Of a DNA stretch of 64,000 nucleotides, positions 1-13,936 are shown piece by piece; the stretch's first letter is position 1; the number at the start of each line of letters is the position of its first letter. Location: assembly GCA_951406725.2 (NCBI GenBank), contig OX597828.1, forward strand, positions 35,712,001-35,776,000, written 5' to 3'. Below the pieces are notes generated by a model that was not told where the DNA came from, made no database searches, and worked only from the letters and a program-made list of their open reading frames with translations. The stretch comes from Octopus vulgaris (taxonomy: Eukaryota). The translations under genes and the position numbers were made by a program.

Positions 1-317
1 GTTGTGTACTAGGATTGATCTAATTGACTGGCCCCCAACTCCACATTCCCCCCAAATTTCAGGCCTTGTACTTAGAGTTGAAAAGAATCGTTAGTACAAA
101 GGGCAAAACATTTAGTGGCATGTCATCCATTTTCGCAGTCTGAGTTCAAATTCTGCCAAGGTGAACTTTACCTTTCATCCCTTTCCAGGAGGCTGAAACA
201 AGTAACAGCTGAGTACTATGGTTAATGTAATCAATTTATCCCCACTTCCCCGAAATTGCTGGCCTTGTGCCAAAATTTGAAACCAAACTATAACAAACAA
301 ATACCATCAACACTCAC

Positions 318-498
318 CTTCGCCGACAAATGGTCTGGCCAACAGAAGTATGATTCTCGTGGCAGTGGTTTGTAGCAAGGTTTTCATGTCCATCACAGTC
401 TGGTTCCATGCTGGTTTGTCATTCATGTAAAGCAGTAAATCTCCTTCGTAGATATACTGTTGTCGCTTCGCAGCGCCATCTGGCTCTAACAAAGAGAT
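318..498 (-). CDS. Internal exon of the multi-PDZ gene; C-terminal half of PDZ-C (ISLLEPDGAAKRQQYIYEGDLLLYMND...IILLLAR)
   Basis: Acceptor tgtttgttttag at 499+ and donor GTGAGT at 317. 181 nt, phase 0 to 1. Has the PDZ pattern L.P.GAA......GD.LL.MN. Confidence 0.9.
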
Positions 499-611
499 CT
501 AAAACAAACAAAAAAGTAAAGGAAAACAAAAAAAATTAATACAACAAAGCTAATTTATAGTTTTTTGGTGAACTGACAATGTACAAATGGAAATGGAGTA
601 CACAGTATATA

Positions 612-642
<31 letters not shown>

Positions 643-644
<2 letters not shown>

Positions 645-945
645 AGGTGCAATGGCCCAGTGGTTGGGGCAGCGGACTCGCAGTCTTAGGATCGCGGTTT
701 CAATTCCCAGACCGAGCATTGTGAGTGTTTATTGAACAAAAACACATGAGGCTCCAGTAGGGGGGGGGGGGCGATCCTTGCTGTACTCTTTTGCCACAAA
801 TTTCTCTCACTCTTTCTTCTGTTGGCCAGCTCACTTAGCCAGTGGGGTGCTGTCATTTGAAGGCCAAAACGATGCGAAGTGCATTGTGACCAGCGATGTG
901 TACCAACATCTGATAGCCTGGTCAGTCACTGTGATCACGGTGAGA
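643..945 (+). mobile_element. tRNA-derived SINE, family D (related copies ~38549-38880 +, 44760-45140 -, 63670-64000 +)
   Basis: tRNA-like head ggaggtgcaatggcccagtggttg...ggtttcaattccc with A/B boxes, repeated across the window. Confidence 0.8.
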
Positions 946-1040
946 TATATATATATTCTGAATTTGTGTAAAGGTGTATAGAATATATCAGTTGAATAAA
1001 GTTACAACATGGTCTGGTTTTCATGTTATTTTATTATTGC

Positions 1041-1150
1041 ATTATAAAAATTATAAAAATTATAAAAATTATAAAAATTATAAAAATTATAAAAATTATA
1101 AAAATTATAAAAATTATAAAAATTATAAAAATTATAAAAATTATAAAAAT
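1041..1150. repeat. (TTATAAAAA)n 9-bp tandem repeat, about 12 copies
   Basis: Perfect 9-mer array read directly. Confidence 0.95.
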
Positions 1151-1864
1151 TTTTTTGCAATTTTGAAGTGTGTTAAAAATTTTAAAATATATATTTTGTA
1201 ATATTCATAAAATTCAGTTAGCGCTTTCATACATTTGTAGTAATTATCAGGTTTCAAAATGTATTTAAGTGACAGGTGGGTACTTAACAACTGTAGTAAA
1301 ATGATTGACTTCTTCCATTTCATACCTTTTAGAAGACTCCAACAAGCTGAATTTTGGGAATACGGTTTTGACCACTCAGCATGCCACTTAAACATCATGG
1401 TTTGATGAGCACACCGATATTACTGGCATGGGTGGGACCATATATATTTATATATACATACATGATAGCTGCAAACTCATGTTTGAGTATTGTCATCATC
1501 TGATCAAAAGTCTCACACATGCGAAGGTTATGATCAGTCATTTTTGTGATAGGTCTTACCATTTTTTTTATCAAGTGATGCCTGTGTATGATGATTTTTT
1601 TTGGTAGTGGGGAAAGGATTTGCACAAAACCAATCCTACTACTCTGGATATGGACGTCATAAACTTAGAAAAAAGAACTAGTCTACATCATCAAATGTTG
1701 TCAGTGTTGCAGGTTTTCTCTCAGAGTTTCCGTCTCTAAGAGAGATGTTTTGACAACAAGAGGGGCCTCCTACTCCCAGTGAGTCAATCATGTGCCTGGA
1801 CACCAAGCCAGGTATTTCCACATCCTTAAACAAATATATCTATTTGTCTATTTATCTGTCTGAC

Positions 1865-1908
<44 letters not shown>

Positions 1909-1909
1909 A

Positions 1910-2046
<137 letters not shown>

Positions 2047-2356
2047 AGGTGCAATGAAGATCGTGAGGTTGTGAATTTGAATCCCGGACCTGGATGTGTG
2101 TTATGTTCTTGAGCAAGACACTTTATTTCACGTTGCTCCAGTTCACTCAGCTGTAGAAATGAGTTGCGGCATCACAGGTGCCAAGCTGTATCGACCCCTT
2201 TACCTTTCCCTTGGATAACACTGGTGGTGTGGAGAGGGGAAGTCGGTATGCATGGGTGACTGTTGGTCTTCCATAAACAACCTTGCCTGAACTTGTGCCT
2301 GGGAGGGTAACTTTCTAGGTGCAATCCCATGGTCATTCATGACCAAAGGGATCTCA

Positions 2357-2407
<51 letters not shown>

Positions 2408-4098
2408 ATTCGGCTGAATTAGGTATTTAAATTGAGGCACCATAAAACCTTCTTAGCATAAATAACTATCCCACCACTCCTATATCTTGACCCCCCAGTA
2501 TTTTCCTCTGCTACTCTCTAAATTATATTAGGCTCAATAAGATATACATTTTTTTAAAACTTATTCTGCCACAAATATAACATAAAGAAACAATGTAATC
2601 AACTATTCCACAGCCATACCAACAATTCAACATACCTCCATCATCGGCTGCCCCACAGATATCATTATGGTTTCGACACCTGAACAGTACCATTCAATCT
2701 GGCAGTGTCAACAGCACTAAAATAAGTGTTGTTTGGGAACAAACAAACCAAAGAAACCACAACTTTCAAACACATTTACTCTATGTACAACCGTATTGAT
2801 AAATAAATTCAATAAGTAAGTTACAACCACTTCTATACGTGTGTGTATAAATATATCTATTTGTGTATACATACATGCTTATGTATGTTTATTTCTATTT
2901 ATGGATGTAAATTGTATATGTACGTCTCTGAGAGTATGTTGTTGCTAAATGACCCTGGTTGGATTATATTTGTTTGTAAAATGACGCCTGAATTACATTC
3001 TGTTATTCTTTTATTTGTTTCAGTACTTTGACTGCAGCCATGCTGGAGTACCACCTTGAAGGGTTCTAGTCAAACAAATCGCCCCCAGGACTTCTTATTT
3101 TCAGCTTAGTACTTACTCTATCAGTCTCTTTTGCCAAACCACTAAGTTATAGGAACATAAACACACCAACATTGGTTGTCAGGCAGTGATGGGGGGACAA
3201 ACACAGACTCAAAAATGTACACGCACAGATATAAGCACACACATACATGTATATATGACAGGCTTCTTTCAGTTTCTGTCTACAAATCCACCCACAAGGA
3301 TTTGGTTGGCCTGAGACTATAGTAGAAGACACTTGCCCAAGGTGCCACCATGCAGTGGGACTGAACCTAGAACAATGTGGTTACTCCAGTTCACTCAGCT
3401 GTAGAAATGAAATGTAATGTCACTGGTTCCAAGCTTAGCCTTTCTCTTGGATAACATCAGTGGCATGGAGAGGGGAGGCTGGTATGCATGGGTAACTGCT
3501 TCCTTAAATAACATTGCCCAGACTTGTGCATAGGAGAGCAACTTTCTAGGTGCAATCCAATGGTCATTCATGACTGAAGGGGGTCCATTTTTCTTTACAT
3601 CAGTTTTATTGGAGGCTTTTGTAGAGATGTGTGATATTCAGCCTGGCTAATATACAGTAATCCCAGTTCAATGCTCAACAAAATTTAGATCTAGTATAAC
3701 CATTAAAGTTGCATGTTTTAATATGCATTTTGTGTGTGAACAGGGGACATAGCAAAGATAATAGAATAACAGACAAAGGAAAAAAAAAAAAAATGGAAAT
3801 AGCAGTAAAAAGAAAATAATAAAATAGAAAGAATTGCTGGACAGGTCCTATGGGCAAAACCAATCCACAGGAGACCCAGAGGCAGACTACGAGCAAAGAT
3901 GGTTGGATAACATCCATGAGCTCAGTAAGTCGTGCTTCAGGATCCAGCCAGATTAATTGGAAACAGTTGTTTCTGACAGAACCCAATGGAAAGCATCTGG
4001 GAGGACTCTGTCCTAATGATGCTCCCAAGAATAAGTTGGCAAAGAAGATGAGATGAGATGATCAAAATAGATGACAGAAGAATTACTCCAATATTTAC

Positions 4099-5972
4099 CA
4101 ATAATTCCTGTTTCTCTCCTTTTTGAAGACGTATCCCAACTTTTTCAGAGGCTTCTTTTTCAACAATACCAATATGAATGGAATAGTGATTTGACAAGCC
4201 GAGTTTGTCCAATGCAAAGTTAGCTTTACTCACAAAATCTATTACTGTATCTTCATCCAGTAATGAAAGTTTTAACACATCTTGTGATGATTCTGGTTCA
4301 GAAGGTAATGCAAAGTTTGTCTGACCGAATCTAGTACTGATACACCATTTCCTCTTGGTGAATACCATATGTGGCTCTATGCATGTCTTGGCCAGTTCTT
4401 TTCTACGTTGTAATGACATTTGTTTTGAACTGCTCTCGCTTACTTTTGAGTCCGGGCTGAACACCAATGACTTTTCAGAGATCAATTCACTCCTTGGGGA
4501 TCCCTGTGAACGCCCTCTGCTCCTTCTCAACATCACAGATGAACTGTCTGTTGACTGTGGTGATTGATTGGTATTTTGGATTACTTCACTTTTCTTCGGA
4601 GATGTTGGGATATTTACAGTAAGTTTCTTGTGTTCTCCTGAAGGCAAATTATCTTTGAAATCATCACCATTGGTTTTCTGAGTTCCTTTTCTGGAACTCT
4701 CTACTTGAGTGACTGACTCAAGTGTTTCTCTTTTAAGTGAAGCTCTTCTTTTCTCTACTTCGGGAATTTCTTGGTCAGCTTTGAGTGGAAATGTTTCTGC
4801 TTTTGCTGTTGAAGGAGTTTGAAATTTATTTTGTGAAACAGCATCATCCTTGGAAATTGTAACTTGAGATGAAGTAATGCTAGTTGTTTCTACAGGAGAT
4901 TGAGGAAGGTCTTTTGAAACTTTTGGCTGCATTACTATTGGTTCTGATGTAGCAATCTCTGCTTTAGGAACTTCGGCAAAATTATGCTTAGATTTTTGTA
5001 CGTCTATCACACTTTCTATGACAGGTGAAACATTTGGCGATCCTGGTGCAAAGTCGGTGAATAGAATTTCTGAGGCAGAAGGTGAAGTAATTTGTCCAAC
5101 AACTAGTGCATTTGTGCGGGAAGATTTAAATATATCAGGAAGTTTACGATTGGAAGTAATTCTAGGAGAAATTGGTTGTTCTACAGCTGGTGTTACCATC
5201 TGGCTGGAAACAGTTTCAGTTTCTTTACTCTTTGATGCTGAAAATGATGGTGGCATAGAATGAGAACCCACTGATTCTTCTTTCTGCACAAGTTCTATAG
5301 GTGCTACATGGCTTTCAGTTGAGATTGAAATCAAAGAACTATTTGTAGGGATCAATGGGCTCATTGAATCTAAAGTGGGTGGCAAGTTTGTTGACCATTC
5401 CATTTTTGTTTCATTCTTATCTGGTATTTGCTTGATATTACTGGACTGTGTTGCCAAACTTCTTGAAGGTGAGTCAAACTGATCAAATGAAACTTCTGTA
5501 GAATGGTATGACTCTTTCTTGTGGTTGTCTTTTATTGGTTCAAAGGCAACATGTGACATATTCGATGTCAATACAGATGATGTTCTCTCTTTGCTGTTGT
5601 CAGTTGAGAAATCTGAAAGGTCCACCAGTGGAAGAGAACGTGGGGATGTTCTACCATTCCGAATAGAATGCTTATCTTTAGTTACTACCACACGTGAACA
5701 AAGGTCCTCTTCAACAGCAAAATCTGACTTTTTGGTAACAGTCAATGGAGATGAGCTGGTCTGTTTATCTGATGCCTCAGAATTCCAATTTGTTGGTCTC
5801 TTTGGTGAAGATGCAACAGAGTTTTGAGTGTCGTTCTTCGTAGCGTGAATAATTGCTGGCTGCTTTTCAGAGAAGCTTGAATTAACTGAAACTAGCTTTG
5901 GGGAGGAAGGAAAAATAACTGGACTTATTTCTGAATTGGGTAAACTTGAAGGAACAGATTTGAAAGTAGAAT
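4099..5972 (-). CDS. Giant exon (1874 nt): S/T/P-rich disordered region ending in the N-terminal half of PDZ-C (IVEKEASEKVGIRLQKGEKQELL)
   Basis: Lies within the 691-aa ORF. Acceptor ttcttctttcaatag|AT and donor TTG|GTAAAT. Phase 1 to 0 matches both neighbouring exons. Confidence 0.88.
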
Positions 5973-6756
5973 CTATTGAAAGAAGAAGAGAAGAAAAATC
6001 AAAATAAATCAATCAAGAAACAAACTGAAACATATTGAACGTCATATAAACAATTAATTCATTGACAATTAGAAAGTTTTTTTTTTATAAAAAAAGAAAA
6101 CATAAAATTAAGTTTAGTTCAGAATTTATTAAAATTTTCATGCTATCCATGTTTTCTACATTAAATTTGATATCTTCTGATGCTTACAATTTACTGCATC
6201 CATTTTCAACTAATAAAGTTTTATAGAATACCTTGTAATATTTATAACATATAATCAGTGATATGATGATATACTATAAGATATTAACGTATAAAAACTC
6301 AACACACACAGAGTTTTGCTGCATTATAAATTCTTTGAATTCTTTCCAAAAGGAACAGATATATAAATGGATGAAAAACTGGTATTCTTATGATTTTTTA
6401 TATTACAGTGATAATGATGTGCATGTGTGTGTGTGTTTAATACACAGTACAGTAAGGCCAGCAGTCACTCATGTGTGAGTGTGGCTTGGTAACATACAGT
6501 GGTTTTGTTAATTGTTTCAGGTGCCTAAAAGACAAACACCCTAAGCCTACTCACCTTTGACCTAATGACAGACCCAAGTTGTGACCCCTAGAGCCAGAGA
6601 GAACTGCATCACCACACAGCTGGTACTCATTTTCCAGCTAAGTAGATTGTAAGAACTTGAAATGAAGTGCCTTGTTGAAGAACAAAATACGCTCCCTAAT
6701 ACAGGAATTGAACCCATGATCTCATGATTCTGAGTTCACCTGTTGATAGACAGTAT

Positions 6757-6985
6757 GGCAAGCTGGCAGAATCGTTAGCACATCGGGCAAAATGCTTAGT
6801 GGTATTTCGTCTACCGCTACGTTCTGAGTTCAAATTCCGCCAAGGTCGACTTTGCCTTTCATCCTTTCGGGGTCAATTAAATAAGTACCAGTTATGCACT
6901 GAGGTTGATATAATCGACTAATCCGTTTGTCTGTCCTTGTTTGTCCCCTCTGTGTTTATCTCCTTGTGGGTAGTAAAGAAATAGG
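6757..6985 (+). mobile_element. SINE family B (copies ~27968-28200, 42118-42350, 51592-51810 on +, 60001-60232 on -, plus many degenerate copies)
   Basis: Head ggcRagctggcagaa...gagttcaaattcc, followed by the conserved core gcctttcatcctttcggggtc...aagtaccagtt. Confidence 0.85.
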
Positions 6986-7109
6986 TATAGCTAGAAGCAT
7001 AAATCTAATAAAATTTCAACAACTAAAATTAATAAGGAATGCCTTGCTCCACTTGTTTGTCTTTTTACCAATCAGATACTAAATATATGTTCTTTTTTCT
7101 TTTTTTATT

Positions 7110-7506
7110 TGTTTGTTTCAGTCATTTGACTGTGGCCATGCTGGAGTACTGCCTTTAGTTGAGCAAATCGACCCCAGGATTTATTCTTTGTAAGCCTAGC
7201 ACTTATTCTATCAGTCCCTCTTGCCGAAATGCTAAGTGACAGGGACATAAACACACCAGCATTGGTTGTCAAGTGATGTTGGGTGTACAAACACAGGCAC
7301 ACAAACGTATACATACACATACATATATATATACATATATATGACGGGTTTCTTTCAGTTTCTGTCTACCAAATCCACTCACAAGGCTTTGGTTGGCCCG
7401 AGGCTATAGTAGAAGACACTTGCCCAAGATGCCATGCAGTGGGACTGAACCCGGAACCATGTGGTTGGTAAGCAAGCTACTTACCACATAGCCACTCCTG
7501 CACCTA
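7110..7506 (-). mobile_element. tRNA-derived SINE family A with an internal (CA/TA)n (copies ~3015-3385, 12860-13215, 39625-40020, 42950-43335, 45860-46255, 56880-57340 on -; 37065-37385, 55617-56355 on +)
   Basis: Near-identical ~400-bp unit. On the minus strand it begins taggtgcaggagtggctatgtggtaag...ggttcagtccc (A/B boxes). Confidence 0.9.
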
Positions 7507-8291
7507 TTTTATGGTCTTTTAACAGTAAAACTTCTCATTAGCATCTCTTGGAAACAATTTCTTCCAGTCTGTGTGATTCATCTTTTTCTGATAGCTTTAT
7601 CAAAATTTATATTAATCTAACTCATTCTGCTGTATTTCCTCAGAGAAAAGAATATGTTTTTCGTGTATCTTAGCACCAGTGGGGGTGGGTCATTATGCTA
7701 CCACTAATTTAGTGTAAAAGTTTGGAACAAAATTTTTTCCCTTCATCTTCAAACTTTACTTCAGCTTTGCCCTGTGTACAAGTCACAACCCAGTATTTAA
7801 AAAATTTTTTTTTTTGCATTTGAAATCAAATATACAATAGTGTAACTTATACACAACAAGCTGCAATAATTGTTTCAAAAGTATTCAAAACTGTTTCACA
7901 TTGACAGCAACAACAAAATCTAGATACAAAATTAAGACATCTCGACTAGAATGTAATAAAAAATAAATGGAAAAAAAAATTATCCAAAAAGAAAATGATG
8001 AGTAAATATACTTTTAAAAGCTTCTTAATAACATTAAATATGACGTGTAAAACTAATTAACAGTTATATAATTAATACACCCAAGAAGGAATAAAACCTT
8101 CAAATGTTAGTTGCGAACACAAAAACAAACCAAAGCCAAATCCAAACATGTTGTTGTTGTGGTTGATGATGATGATGATGATGGCGATGGTGGTTGTTGT
8201 GGTCGGGCTAGTGGTGATGGTGGTTATGATGACAATGATAACGAAGGTGATATTTTTAGTGCCACAGCAATACTAATACTAGTAATAACAC

Positions 8292-8330
<39 letters not shown>

Positions 8331-8598
8331 TAATAATGATGATAATGATAATAACAAGCAGTCAGGGAGTGCAGATGCAATATTGAGGCAAATATGGAAA
8401 GTATCTAAAAAAAAAAAAGTGGGGGGGGTGAAAGAAGAAAGCATTGCCAAAGCCAGGTGGTAAAATATACAATAAAAAAGGTAAAGAAAATATAAGTTAA
8501 AAAAAAGGGAAAACAAATATTAAAAATAAAATTAGAGTAAATGATAGAGAAAAACTAGAAATATGGAAATGTGTCAGTGCAGTGTTTGATCGCTTAGA

Positions 8599-9652
8599 GC
8601 AACGATTCTCAACTGGGGGTCCACCTGACCCTTATCAGGTCCCTATAAGATTTTTGTTAAGATTTATGTGAAATAAACTGGTTATGCTTCTGTAACACAC
8701 AAAATATTTCAACGATGTTTTTTTTCTTCTTTTCTTCTTTATTCTTTTATTTGTTTCAGTCATTTGACTGCAGCCATGCTGGAGCACCACCTTTAATCGA
8801 ACAAATCGACCCCAGGACTTATTCTTTGTAAGCGTAGTGCTTATTCTATCAGTCTCTTTTACCGAACTGCTAAGTTATGTGGATGTAAACACACCAACAT
8901 CGGTTGTCAAGCGATGGTGGGGGGACAAACACAGACACACAAACACAAACACACACACATATATATAAAAATATACGATCTTTTTCCTCAACATAGTATA
9001 TATATATATATATATATATACCGGAGTAAACACATAAATGTGAAACAAGGTGGAAAAAAGAGTACTCAAATACCAAGGGTAGAGTAATATGCATTATTTA
9101 AAAGCAGCAGAAATTCAACAAAACCTGTTACTCAGAGTTTCACGTTCCTGTTCATCAAAAGTTTGTGGGCCGTGTTAAAACAATAATTTTTTATGCAAGA
9201 ATTTATTGAAAAGTAACAACAACTATTCTTCAAAATAAAGGCCATCATTTTCCATGACCTTTTGCCAACAATCTGCAAGCTTTCGGATTTGGTCAAAGTA
9301 CCAATCCTTCAGCTTTGAATTAGAAAATTCTTGACAAGATTCTTCAACTTCATCGAATGACTCAAATTGGTGACCTTTCATAAAGTGCTGCATTGATCGG
9401 AAGAGACCGTAGTCAGATGGAGCAACGTGTGGACTATAGGCTAGATGCAGCAGAACGCCCACACCGTCCAATTCTTCAATCTTGTTGCTGGTCTTTCTGA
9501 CGGTGTGCAGCTTTGCATTGTCTTGTTGAAACAAAGTGCATTTTCAAGAAACACAATGAGTCACCATTGAACATGACATGAACACACACACCACAAAAAT
9601 ATATAAAAAAAGCATTATTCTAACACAGTGCACAAACTTTTTCCTCAACCTA

Positions 9653-9692
<40 letters not shown>

Positions 9693-9817
9693 TCATTATC
9701 TTTTATTAAACTTTTAATACTTTTGATATATATTTAAAATAACGTAAATTAATTTTATGTATTGGCTTAAGTTTTTCATTGTTTGATTTGCCTAATAGTG
9801 GTTTTATCTCTAATTTA

Positions 9818-9848
<31 letters not shown>

Positions 9849-10100
9849 TGGGCTTCTTTCAGTTTCCATCTATAAATCTGCTCACAAGGCGTTAGTCGGC
9901 CCAAGGTGCCATGCAGTGGGACTGAACCTGAAACCACGTGGTTGGGAAGCAAGCTTCTTACCACACTGCCACACCTGCGCCATTTATACAACATTATACA
10001 ATATTTAATAATAGAAATATAATAGGATCTTTTTTTTAATACGGGAGTCCAGTAGAGTAAAATGGGGACCATAGGTAAAAAAAATGGCTGAGAAACACTG
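8599..10100. mobile_element. hAT/Charlie-like MITE split by nested SINE, hammerhead element and mariner; an unsplit copy lies at ~13301-13663
   Basis: Termini caacgattctcaac...ggctgagaaacactg here and cagtggttctcagc...tttgagaattgctg at 13301-13663. The internal sequence is shared. Confidence 0.55.
9160..9655 (-). mobile_element. Mariner transposase relic (C-terminal catalytic part)
   Basis: FQQDNAKLH...YSPHVAPSDYGLFRSM, with a TIR-like end tattaggttgaggaaaaagttt. Confidence 0.85.
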
Positions 10101-10786
10101 ATTTGGAAGTAGCTTGTATCACTAAAATATAATTAATATCTTTTAACGATGATCTACATATTTATTCTTAATACTTTCTGGTAGATACAAATACAAATAT
10201 GCTAATTATTGTTGTGTACGTCACAGGTGAACAACTTCTTTCTACTAAACCAATGTGATCATAACTCATTGGTGCAAGGGATTCTGAGACACTAATGTTT
10301 TAACATGTTGTTCCTCATCAACTAGCAGCACTCAGACTTTTGAGCCTAAACAAGCCACTGCAAGAGCTTACATGTGGTTGTGACCCCAGCTAGAAATGGC
10401 AAGTTAATTTCCATAAACAAAAAAATCACTTCTTATTGTCCTAAATACAAGAAGAAAACTCATATACAAGCACCAAGTTTGGTACATAAAAAAAGAAAGG
10501 TAAAGACCCTCTTCGGTCATGAATGACCATGGGAATACACCTAGAAAGTTCTCCTACTGAGGCACAAGTCTAGGCAAGGTTGTTTATGGAAGACCAGCAG
10601 TCGACCATACATACCAGTCTCTCCTCTCCACACCAACGATATTATCCAGGGGAAAGGCAAAGGCTGATACAGCTTGGCACCAGTGATGTTGCAACTCATT
10701 CCTACAGCTGAGTGAACTGGAGCAACATGAAATAAAGTGTCTTACTCAAGAATACAACACATAACCTGGTCTGGGAATTGAAATCA

Positions 10787-11255
10787 CTACTGCACGATTG
10801 TGAACCATCTTTCCTTTACCTTGAAAATACCCTCTTCCCAGAATTGACGTGGTTTCATGGCAAAGAATTCATCAAGGTATCTTTTTACGTCATCCAAGGA
10901 ATTGAAATTTTTACCATTAAGACTATTCTGCAGAGACCTGAGTAAGTGGAAATCCGAAGGAGCAATATCTGGTGAATATGGAGAGTAGAGTAACACATCC
11001 CAGCCGAGCTGCAGCAATTTTTGTCTGGCTCCCAAAGCATCAAATGCCGAAAATGAACTTTCTTATCTTCCATTATAAAGGGCTACAGAATTAACACAGG
11101 TTATAGGAACATAAACCTTCTTCCACGAAAATATAGCTTAAACTGTTCTCTAAATGGATGTGTAGTATCCTATTTTATGGACTCAACCATGTTCTAAAAT
11201 AAGTCGAAAGTTAAGCTACTATAAATCGGCACAAACTTTCCGGACAACCCAATAT
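10787..11255 (-). mobile_element. Internally deleted mariner element
   Basis: LGWDVLLYSPYSPDIAPSDFHLLRSLQN, N-terminal MEDKKVHFRHLML, and a TIR-like end tattgggttgtccggaaagtt. Confidence 0.88.
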
Positions 11256-11412
11256 TATATGACATTATATATATACAAGTTATATAATGTTATTAATATG
11301 TGTATAAATATATATGTATATATGCGCGCGTGTTTCTCTAAGTTTGTATACATGTGTGTGCATGTATATATGCATGTATGTTAATTATATATATATATGT
11401 GTATGTGTGTAT

Positions 11413-11449
<37 letters not shown>

Positions 11450-11525
11450 ATATACATACATGCATATATGTATATATATATATATGTTTGCACTTTTGTT
11501 TAAGTCTCTATGTATATATATGTAT

Positions 11526-11556
<31 letters not shown>

Positions 11557-12546
11557 CACACACATATGCGCGAGTTTGCATGTATGTTTACACATATATA
11601 AGCATATATATATATAAATATACATGTGCATGTGTGTATACACGCACACACATACATGCACACATACACATATATATGCATGTATACACATGTTTATGCA
11701 TATATGCAAACAAACAGAAAATAAGAAAATAAAGGACAAGACAGAGAGAAAGAGAAAGAAAGAGAGAGAGGGAGAAAAAGAGAGAGAGAGAAAGGCACAC
11801 AAAGATTTCATAAAATGTATCATTAGATGTTTAGATCTCACACAAAAGCCATTGGTGTTTATAAAATATTTATTACACAAGTGCAAAAAAAAAACAATAA
11901 TATTAGTGCATATTTCATATTAATTGCAATGAAAGCAAACACAGCAACACACAGTGCATCACAACTATATATACATATATGTATACATACAAACATATAT
12001 ATATATATAACATATATTACATATATATGTATATATGTATATATGAGAAGCAGGGATCTCCTTTGAACGTTACACTTAGTTGCTTAATAGTTTCTCTGTT
12101 TATCCAGCCATTGTCTTTGCTGTTGAAACGATGGGGTGCATGTTTTTATGAAAATACCAATATAGTTTAAGCGGATTTTTTTCTTTTTGCAGTGAGTGGT
12201 GATATACTTGTGGAGCTGTAGCATTTGGTGCCTTTATATCACCCTTTCTCACTTTTCTCTTAGCCTATCATCCGATTTTTAGTTTGTTATGCCATGTGGG
12301 TAGTGCCTGATGATTGCACTAGGGCACCAGATGTGTTAAAAAATACTGTCTGGCATGCTCTCAGCACATGAAACTAATAGGAGAATGTATATTAATTATA
12401 TATATATGATGAAGGTTAGCAGGCTGAAACTTTGAAGTCACTGTCGCCCAATTTCTTGTAATAGTTTAATAAACATGTCCTCAACTAAAAAGTATTGAGC
12501 AATTCTTTAGTTCAATGTTAAATTGGTTTTATATATATTTTGACTT

Positions 12547-12590
<44 letters not shown>

Positions 12591-13593
12591 GGGCACGTGG
12601 TTTAGTGGTTAGGCACTCATGATTGCTAGCCCATGGGTTCAATTCCCAGATTGGGTGACACATTGTGTCCGTGACCAAAACACTTGATTTCACATTGCTC
12701 CACTCTCCCACTTTCGATTAGGGGAAAATATTGGTCTGCTTGCCCTTGCCAGCAGGACAGTGTCATTCAAAGGCTAAAAAGATGTAAAGCACATTGTGAC
12801 CAGTGATATGTAACAACATGTGATAGTCTGATATATATATTCTTTTATTCATTTATTCATTTATTTGTTTCAGTCAGTTGACTGTGGCCATGCTGGAGCA
12901 CCACCTTTAGTCAAGCAAATCGACCCCAGGACTTATTCTTTGTTAGCCCAGTACTTATTCTATCAAACTGCTAAGTTACGCAAACGCACCAGCATCAGTT
13001 GTCAAGCGATGTTGGGGTGGAAGGACAAACACAGACACACAAACACACATATACGATGGGCCTCTTTCAGTTTCCATCTACCAAATCCACTCACAAGGCT
13101 TTGATCATCCCAAGGCTATAGTAGAAGACATTGCCCAGGGTGCCACACAGTGGGACTGAATCCAGATCCATGTGGTTGGTAAGCAAGCTACTTACCACAC
13201 AGCCACTCCTGCACCTATATATATATACAGGCACATATATACTGCAGCTCTTCATCAGGAACTTAATCTGCTGACTTCACCCGTCTCTCATAATATAAAA
13301 CAGTGGTTCTCAGCCAAGATCCATATGACCCCTGGAGGGTCCATATAAGATTTTGGAATGATCACACAACTGAAATAATAAACTATGGACTCACAGTAGT
13401 GTTTTAAGGGTCCATGAAAAAATTTTGCATTACACATATTTATTTTTTTCTTCAATGTTTTACATAGCTCAACATGTTACCGGCCACTGAGACATGTTTT
13501 CTGAGAGAGTGCTGATGCAAACCTACTGTTGCAGGAGAATCTATAAAACTAGTTTTTAAACATCAAATGCCTATGGTGGTCAACCCAGAGTAA

Positions 13594-13628
<35 letters not shown>

Positions 13629-13936
13629 GGGGCCCATAAATCAAAAATGTTTGAGAATTGCTGCTCTAATTTATCTACTAGTGTAATAACTGACCCCACC
13701 TCCTCAGGGTTCATAGCTTTGAGAGCTGCATGATGACCTCAGCAGTGTTGGTTGCATGAAAAATGCATCCAGTACACTCTGTACAAAGGTAGGCATTAGG
13801 AAGAACATCCAGTCATAGAAATGATATCAAAACCAACACTGGAACCTGATGCAGTCTTGGACTTATCAGATCCTGTGAAACCATCCAACTCATGCCAGCA
13901 TGGAACAGAGGCATGAAATGATGATGAGGATATATA

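Noticed and set aside
643-720. tRNA gene
   Set aside because: It is the degenerate tRNA-like head of a multi-copy SINE, with no complete cloverleaf.
2665-2720. Minus-strand ctgttGACAC...GTGTCgaaac hammerhead-like motif
   Set aside because: The core is incomplete and no cleavage triplet or helix I is identifiable; at most a very decayed copy.
11314-12170. Many ORFs rich in YI/HT/CV/LS, here and across the window
   Set aside because: These are translations of dinucleotide microsatellites, not genes.
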